A DNA stretch of 64,000 nucleotides from Eledone cirrhosa (lineage: Eukaryota), in the NCBI GenBank assembly GCA_964016885.1, contig OZ024756.1, positions 20,708,001-20,772,000 on the forward strand, written 5' to 3'. The stretch's first letter is position 1. The number at the start of each line of letters is the position of its first letter. A program made the translations under genes and the position numbers. The notes under the pieces are model-generated. The model was not told the origin of the DNA. It made no database searches and saw nothing but the letters and a program-made list of their open reading frames with translations. This document shows positions 55,950-64,000 of the stretch, one piece after another.

Positions 55950-56455
55950 AGAGAAAATTGAGGTTGGTAATGGCACATGGAATATATAAGAGACAGAATA
56001 CTTTTTTGTGAAAAAACATATAATTTTATAAGGTAAGGAAATAATAAAGGGTATAAAAAATGACCGGTTTCGATGGGTCTGCAAAAGTCATCTTTTCAAA
56101 TGTTGATTAATATTAAGAAAAATTAATAATACGAAGAGTTAAAATTTGAGATTTGAAAATTCAAGTATAAAATTCATTGTGGGATTTCATAGTAGTTTTC
56201 ATCTAGGTAGCAACAACAGGTTGACTGCTGTGTCCCTTTCTGGTAGTGAATTTTCAAATCTCAAATTTTAACTCTTCGTATTATTAATTTTTCTTAATAT
56301 TAATCAACATTTGAAAAGATGGCTTTTGCAGACCCACCGAAACCGGTCATTTTTTATACCCTTTATTATTTCCTTACCTTATAAAATTATATGTTTTTTC
56401 ACAAAAAAGTATTCTGTCTCTTATATATTCCATGTGCCATTACCAACCTCAATTT

Positions 56456-56460
<5 letters not shown>
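55950..56460. mobile_element. Foldback element: 214-bp inverted arms, 83-bp spacer
   Basis: 55950-56163 vs 56247-56460; each arm has a hammerhead-type 3' half GAAACCGGTC. Confidence 0.85.
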
Positions 56461-56505
<45 letters not shown>

Positions 56506-56613
56506 TACTTCGTTTTTTAATGTATTGGCAGCATGACCATCCCAAAGTATAACTATATATATACTGATATTCAATGAATCAATCTGTATTCTGTCAAAAA
56601 TGACCATGGTTTT

Positions 56614-56736
<123 letters not shown>

Positions 56737-56884
56737 CACATATATATATATATACTGATATTTAATGAATCAATCCTTTATTGAATACTAGTAAGTCTAA
56801 CACGTGTTTCAACGCATTGCTTAATATATATATATATATATATTAAGGCCCCATTCGGTCATAAATGACCATGATTTTGTGCGT

Positions 56885-56975
<91 letters not shown>

Positions 56976-57047
56976 CACACATATATATATAGAGAGAGAT
57001 AAACAAACAAATAGATAGATAGATAGATAAATAAACAAGCCTCTCAC

Positions 57048-57191
57048 CTCCACAAACACCGTAGGTTAAAATTAACAGCTCGATGTTCTCCATCCACGTA
57101 CTTATAATAAATGCCAATCCAGCAAATAATCCGCCAAGAATGGCAACATATCTGTGGTTGAATCGCATCAGTAATAGACTAACCACAGGAC
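57048..57191 (-). CDS. SLC16A: SLC16/MCT coding exon 2 (144 nt)
   Basis: ttgtttcag|GT CCT GTG...TGT GGA G|gtgaga; GPVVSLLLMRFNHRYVAILGG...LTYGVCG matches MCT TM2-TM4. Confidence 0.93.
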
Positions 57192-57336
57192 CTGAAACAA
57201 CGAAAGTGTATAATAAATATTTATGTACAGTACAACGTGACGTGTATTAGAAATTCGAAGATAAATTTCCTCCTTCTGATACTAAGCTGCATGAAATCGC
57301 TTCTGGTTCTATAATGCATGCAAATTTACTTTAAAA

Positions 57337-57633
57337 CAGGCATGGGCAACCTTTTTCGAGAAGCGGGTCGCATGAGATATGGCTCATCATCAGGCGGGCC
57401 GCAAGCGCTAATTTACATTCGTTCCCACGTTTAAAAAAAAAAAAGGGGTGGTAACTCAGGTTGTTTTGATTTGTTTCTTCAGAATTCGTACACGTTGTTT
57501 TCCTCGTTCGTAAAAATGATAGAAAGATAAATTACAACTGAAAAGTTGGGGTAAAAAAATCAGAAAGATTTCACTTAGGTGACTTAGACGAGCCATTCAG
57601 AAAGCTTCGCGGGCTGTAGGTTACCCATGACTG
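57337..57633. mobile_element. hAT-family MITE
   Basis: TIRs CAGGCATGGGCAACCT / AGGTTACCCATGACTG; exact 8-bp TSD CTTTAAAA at 57329-57336 and 57634-57641. Confidence 0.88.
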
Positions 57634-57649
57634 CTTTAAAATGTTTATA

Positions 57650-57945
57650 TTTATCTCAAAAGCTTCCAATATAGTTTTATGTAAAGTCTTTTGTTAAGTT
57701 ATGATCCAATTTCTAGCTTAGTTACGAGAATGTTAGACGAATTTCTAAATCCTCCAAATTTCCCTCTTCTTATACCAAGATGCATGGAACCGCCTCTAGT
57801 TTTATGATATAAGCCTGTTTACGTCAAAGTGATTTATCTAAAAAGCTTCCAGCATTGTTTTATGTAAAGTCTTTTGTTAAGTTATGTTCCAAATTCTAGC
57901 TTAATTACGAGAATGTTGGATGGATTTCTAAATCCTCCAAAATTC
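57650..57945. repeat. Local direct duplication (~110 bp, ~182-bp spacing)
   Basis: gttttatgtaaagtcttttgttaagttatg...aaatcctccaaa occurs twice. Confidence 0.8.
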
Positions 57946-58244
57946 TTGATTATTTAAACATCTATTTGAAAATTATAGGCAGTGTCATTCATTAAAAATA
58001 TGGCAACAAAAGAGTTATAGTAGGATAGCTACATTATAAATCAAGTTACAAAGATGTCAACAAATAACATTTTGTTATTCCCATCTTTAGTCTTTATTTT
58101 GTTAAGCTTTTTGAAACACTAAAAGACAATGTCTTAAGATTTTCTCTATTCAAATGGAGTCACAGAATGTTTTTCAAATTTGTTTACATTTTCACAGCGA
58201 GGTTTATAAAACTGCAGTTAATTAGACAGCAAGAGTAGCAGCAT

Positions 58245-58297
58245 CAGTAACAACACCAACACCACCACCACCATCATGAACAACAACAACAACAACA

Positions 58298-58365
<68 letters not shown>

Positions 58366-58448
58366 AACAACAACGACGATAACTGCGACGATGACAACAA
58401 CAACAACAACAACGACAACTGCGACGATAACAACAACAACAACAACAG
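58245..58448. repeat. (AAC)/(GAC) trinucleotide repeat
   Basis: Direct reading. Confidence 0.92.
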
Positions 58449-58528
58449 CTAAATATCGAAATCGTAGCAAGTACATATTTCGCTCTAACAAACAGAACTG
58501 TTCAATAGAAAGAGGTCGGAAGCCATAC

Positions 58529-58763
58529 CTATCATCATGTGCATGCCACTTAATGTTGATCCAACACAAGCAACTTGAGCGGGGCTTGCATCGAAATATT
58601 TCAAAAGGTCCATATAGAGAATACCGAAGCAGAACAACGTGCCGTCTAAGATGAAGTTTATTCCAAAAGAACTGAGACAAACAACCCACCCCCAACCACC
58701 GTCGGGTGAATGGATGTACATGGGTGACTGTATACTCCTGATGCTTCTCGATAGACTTTTCAT
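58529..58763 (-). CDS. SLC16A: SLC16/MCT-family transporter, coding exon 1 (exon begins at 58831, ATG at 58763)
   Basis: MKSLSRS...SPDGGWGWVVCLSSF has the MCT TM1 signature PDGGWGW. Acceptor ttatcttcag| before 58831; donor ATA G|gtatgg. Confidence 0.93.
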
Positions 58764-59639
58764 GTTTGATTTCTTTTGTTCAAATATTCAATGTAGTTAT
58801 TAAAGAGATTGACTTCGGAAGTTCTTGGAATCTGAAGATAAAAAATAAAGAAAAATAAAGAAAAAAAAACAAATAAGATCTTCATAATTTAGAATTGATT
58901 TCTCTTTTATAAGTACAAGACCAAATTTTTTGGGGAGCGAGTAGAAGAAGAAGGTCCCGTAGCTTCCGAGGAAGTTGTAAGAGCCCTGTATTGACATACG
59001 GCGTTTCTTGGGTATTTTTAGCTTGGCCGAGCACATCCCTCACCTGGCCTGAGTACAGCAGATTTATTCCAGAGAAAGATAAAAAGTGAGAGAAGGGAAG
59101 CGAGAAAGAGATATAGAGGAAGAATCGACTCCAGGACTAGACTGGTACTTTTTTTTATCGACCTCGACAGGATGAAAGGTAAAATTGCCCTCAGTGGGAT
59201 TTGAATACCACAAAGAATACCACAAAGCACTATATACGAAGTTCTAACGACTTTGTGGGGAGCAGGTACAGTCTATTACAGGTATTTTTTCATCGAATCA
59301 TGGAATGATAGGCAGGGTCGGAATCGTTAGAGTCGGGAAAAGAATGGCGTAAGGTATTTTATTCCTGCTCTTTTATGTTTTCAGGTCAATTAAATTTTTC
59401 AGTTTTCGGAAGGGTGGGGGTGGGGGTCAATAGAATAAAGTACCAGTGATCTAAGCGGGCCGATTTAATCGCCTAACTCTCCCTTACAATTATTGGCTTG
59501 CTGTCTAAATTAGAACAATCACTTTTTTATCGACCCAAAGAAATGATGGAAGGTAAAATCGACTCTCAGCGGAAACTTAGAACATCAAGAGGCATATATA
59601 AATACTGCAACGTACAATGAAAGAAATATATAGAAACAA

Positions 59640-60180
59640 GTCTTCTTCTTCGCCCACTTATTCCTGAGAGGGTCGTGGAGGCAGATACCTCAAACACTCC
59701 TTCCAGCGGGTCCTGTCAGAAGCAACCGTCTCCAAGTGATCTGGCTGGATCCCCAAGAGTGACCAGCTAAGCTCATGGATGTTATCTAACCATCTTGCTT
59801 GGAGTCTACTCCTGTGTCTTTTGCTGGCTGGTTTTGCTCGTAAAACCTGTTCAGCGATTCTTTCATGGGACATTCAAACCATTGCATCGGAGCTATGATC
59901 TCTCAAATTCGTAGAAGTAGCGGCTCTCCCTGGAGTGGCTCTCTGATCTCCGAGCTGCTACGCACTTTATCGAGTAACGTTACTCCAAAGACCTTTCGGA
60001 GGAACCCCATTTCGACCGCTTTTATCCGCGATCGTTTTCTTTTGGTTATTACCCAAGATTCCTGACCATAGGTAATGTGGGGATGAATACTGAATTGAAG
60101 ATAGCTTCTTCTGATCACTGAATGCTGAAGTTGGCGCATCATTGCACCAGCTCTTGCAATAAGTCATTTTGGAAATACAC
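59640..60180 (-). mobile_element. RTE 3' fragment (same family as 53120)
   Basis: TYGQESW..RIKAVEMGFLRKV..MSHERIAEQV..RWKE; (GAA)n tail. Confidence 0.85.
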
Positions 60181-60415
60181 AGATAAGTCACGTTCCTCCT
60201 TTCCTGTGATTATGTGATGGCTTCAGGCAAAAACACACTTGTTTTGGTTACGTAGTACCGCTAAACTGTGATATTTTAACTAGATGGCTTACACCTATCG
60301 TTTATATAATGCTAGTAGCTTTAATAGAGGACATGACTAGATTTCAGCTATTCTGACTGACGTTAAACATTTCAGAATATTATTTTCGTTTGCTCATGTG
60401 CGTGTGAGTGTGTGA

Positions 60416-60449
<34 letters not shown>

Positions 60450-60457
<8 letters not shown>

Positions 60458-60834
60458 ATACTTTGGGAGGGTCATGTTGCCAATAAGAAACACACGCACC
60501 AGTTGCTTTCACTTCAATTTATTATATATTTATAAATTTATAAATTTACAAATCTACAAACTTATAAATTTCTGGTTGGTTGGTTGGTTCCACAACCAGA
60601 TAGTTGTTTATATATAGTCATAGTCCTTTCGTCACACACTCTGAGTGTGTAACGAAAGGACTATGACTATATATAAACAACTATCTGGTTGTGGAACCAA
60701 CCAACCAACCAGAAATTTATAAGTTTGTAGATTTGTAAATTTATAAATTTATAAATATATAATAAATTGAAGTGAAAGCAACTGGTGCGTGTGTTTCTTA
60801 TTGGCAACATGACCCTCCCAAAGTATAACAATAT
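60450..60834. repeat. Near-perfect 385-bp palindrome (192-bp arms, 1-nt centre at 60642)
   Basis: Arms are reverse complements with one visible mismatch (60633/60651). Confidence 0.93.
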
Positions 60835-60888
60835 CGGTTTCAACACACGATTTCAGATAAAGAATCTTGCTAAACAAATTCAGAAACG

Positions 60889-60941
<53 letters not shown>

Positions 60942-61329
60942 CTGTTAAAATCCAGGAGATTGAAGAGCGATATGAAAATGTGTTTGAACAGTCACCAGCC
61001 AATGGTGGTGGTGATGATGATGATGATGATGATTGTTTCTACCTTTGGTACATCGCCAACAATTTGAAGGGAAGGGGTAAAGTGGATTAAATCAACAGGG
61101 AATTTTTGGTGTAAAATAATATTTATAAACAGAGATCAAGCAAATAAACATTTAAAAAAACAAACATAACACATTTCCCAAAGGTGATGAGGCTTCAAGG
61201 GTTACTCGTGGAGGAAGCCCACAAAACCCACGGTCACTCTGACTTCTAGGGCAAGCGCCCTCTCCCAGTTGTCATCCTTCAATACTACAGGCACACGCTC
61301 AGAGCATGCCCATTCACACGGGTGTAATA

Positions 61330-61730
61330 ATAATTGTTTCTGGCACAAGGCCAGCAATTACCCTGTTCATTACTGGTACTTTATTGTATCGACCCCGTAA
61401 GGATGAAAGGCGAAGTTAACCTCGACGGGATTTGAACTCAGATCATAAAGGGACGTAACTATGCTAGAAAGAATGGCGCCAAACCTATACCGATACTGCC
61501 AATTCACCGCCCACGGGAATAATAATAATAATTTCTAACAATGGCACAATGACATATATTTGCTGGGATAGGTTAGTCGATTACGTCACAACCTAGTAAG
61601 ACCAGTACTTTATTTTATCGACTCTTGATGGATGAAATACAAAGTTGACACCGGTGAGATTTGAACTCAGAACTTAAAGAGCCGTGATTAAATAATGGGG
61701 AGTATTTTGTCTGCCGCTCTAATGGTTTTG
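61330..61730 (-). mobile_element. Two adjacent SINE family A copies
   Basis: 61330-61512 young-looking; 61530-61730 diverged. Confidence 0.8.
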
Positions 61731-62517
61731 TAGAGGCGCCTACTCTAGTGGTAAGGGTGATGGACTTACGACCATAATGTCGTGGGTTCGCTTCCTGGAC
61801 TGGGTGGTGTGTCATTTCATTTCACGTTACTACAATATACTCAACCGAAAATGAATACCGGCAGCAATAGTTGGGGGTTTAACCCACCGATGGTCTGACG
61901 TCCTTTCCATGGGGAAGTCTTGTACTCTCAGTCGCTTAACGCCATGGAACCCGATATAAGCACCGACTTGATGCACTCCGGGCTCCAGACAGACTTTAGA
62001 CCTTTTTCTAATGGTTCTGCTAACAGCAACAACACGACGAATAAAGGTTTCTAATTTGGGGACAATGCCAGCAATGCTAGGTAGGGATAACTCAATTACA
62101 TCGACTCTAATGCTTGCCTAGTATTTTTATCGGTAATCGTTATGGTTTAGCTTCACGTCAACCCCAATTAAGCAGACGTTTGCTCAAATTCCTTCCCACC
62201 GTGATTACCTCGTATTTTTCCTAGTACACGTTTTATTTGGAACTAGAATCTCCAGTCTTTCTTTCTCATCTTTTTATTAAAAAAACAAAAAGATTAAAGG
62301 TGTGTTTAAGGAAGATTTAGCTGCTTTTTCTAACAATTGAAGCAAACCACAAATACGTTTATTTATTAACCGGATTCCCTTTGGTTGTATGTGATTGGGC
62401 GTCAGGTTTGTATTTGCAAACAGGATATTATCAAGCTGTTCGTATCAAGTTATAGTCTGTTATATTAATCTGTGTTTTCGTCTATTAAGTTTCAAGTTAT
62501 ATTTATCTGTTGTTATT

Positions 62518-63186
62518 TGGTTAAAATATTCTATTCTATAGTATATTCTATAGTATATTCTACAAAAGATTTAGACTATTATTAATGCTTCTGTTGCGCA
62601 ATATATTGTTTTGGGATGGTTCATGCTGCAGATAGATTTTAGCGACGTTAAATAATCGACCGCAACACCAACATCATGGGTGACAAGGGAGTGTGCCTGC
62701 ATGAGTACCTAATGCAACTAACTAAATCATAATACATACCACGAAATCACAATCGATTGCGTGTAATTGCCGTACAATTGTCAGGCTATTTCTCCGACTC
62801 CTAAACGACGAATTGTGTCCTCGAGCAAGACACTTTATTTCACCTTGCTCCAGTTCACTCAGCTGTAGATATGATTTACAACATCACTGGTGCCAAGCTG
62901 TATCAGCCATTGCCTTCCCCTTGGACAACATCATAGATAGTGTATATATAGGATATATATAGTGTGTATATAATATATATATATAATCTATAAACAGTGT
63001 GTGTATGTGTTATGACATCACTGGTGCCAAGCTGTATCAGTCATTGCCTTCCTCTTGGACAACATCATTGGAGTGGAGAAGGGTAACTGGTATGCATGGG
63101 CAACTGCTGTTCTTCTACAAACAAACTTGCCTGGACTTGTATTTCGGGGGAGGAACTTTCTATGTAGAAAGCTCATGATCATTTAC

Positions 63187-63233
<47 letters not shown>

Positions 63234-63426
63234 TTCGTTAGTTGCATTAGGTACTCACGCAGCCACACTCCCTTGTCACCCATGATGTTGGTGTTGCGGT
63301 CGATTATTTAACGTCGCTAAAATCTATCTGCAGCATGAACCATCCCAAAACAATATATTGCGCAACAGAAGCATTAATAATAGTCTAAATCTTTTGTAGA
63401 ATATACTATAGAATAGAATATTTTAA

Positions 63427-63429
<3 letters not shown>
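62518..63429. mobile_element. Foldback element (~200-bp arms) with SINE material in the spacer
   Basis: 62518-62730 vs 63229-63429; shares the motif gcagcatga.catcccaaa with 56529 and 60803. Confidence 0.8.
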
Positions 63430-63496
<67 letters not shown>

Positions 63497-63688
63497 AATG
63501 TAGAAAAGTAACACACGAGTTGATATATATAAAAAAAAATAGTAGAAAGGAAAAAGATTTTTTCAGTAGAAAATGTTTCAGTGAAATATCAAAACAATTT
63601 ATTTACAATACCGGTTTCAGCATTAGATGCATTGTTTATTGCGGATATGCAGAATATTGTTAAGTTGCATATTTGTACAAATAGTGAT

Positions 63689-64000
63689 AATAATTGTTTC
63701 TACTTTAGGCACAAGGCCAGCAATTACCCAGTGCATTACTGGTACTTTATTTTATCGACCCCGTAAGGATGAAAGGCAAAGTCAACCTCGGCGGGATTTG
63801 AACTCAGATCGTAAAGGGACGTAACTATGCTGGAAAGCATGGCGTCCGACCCTCCACCGATACTGCCAATCCACCGCCCTTATAATTGTTTCTACTTTTG
63901 GCACAAGGCCAGCAATTATCCCAGTACAATACTGGTACTTTATTTTATCGATCCCGTAAGGATGAAAGGCAAAGTTAACCTAGGCGGGATTTGAACTCAG
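63689..64000 (-). mobile_element. Tandem pair of young SINE family A copies
   Basis: 63689-63880 nearly identical to 15481-15668; second copy 63883 to window end. Confidence 0.9.

Overview
Eukaryotic, AT-rich, microsatellite-saturated genomic DNA. The SINE families, RTE/Penelope content and (TA)n load look like an octopus (coleoid cephalopod) genome; that assignment is an inference. One protein-coding gene can be assembled completely: a minus-strand SLC16/monocarboxylate-transporter-family gene with 7 coding exons (58763->33882, 1869 nt, 622 aa; all introns GT-AG, phase 1). The rest is mostly mobile DNA: RTE LINEs (one with a twin-priming-type 5' inversion), a Dong/R4 LINE end in a (TAA)n tract, Tx1, Tc1 and Penelope relics, hAT/piggyBac/pogo MITEs, many tRNA-derived SINEs, and satellites. 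The least-explained signals are: (1) a CpG-poor, apparently non-coding minus-strand transcription unit at ~1-9950 carrying about 20 strong 3' splice acceptors (many AG|GT) with few donors, a 36-bp repeat domain and a pri-miRNA-like hairpin; (2) type I hammerhead-ribozyme motifs, several inside long foldback/palindromic elements. Most six-frame ORFs are microsatellite artefacts. All calls are by eye; no searches were run.
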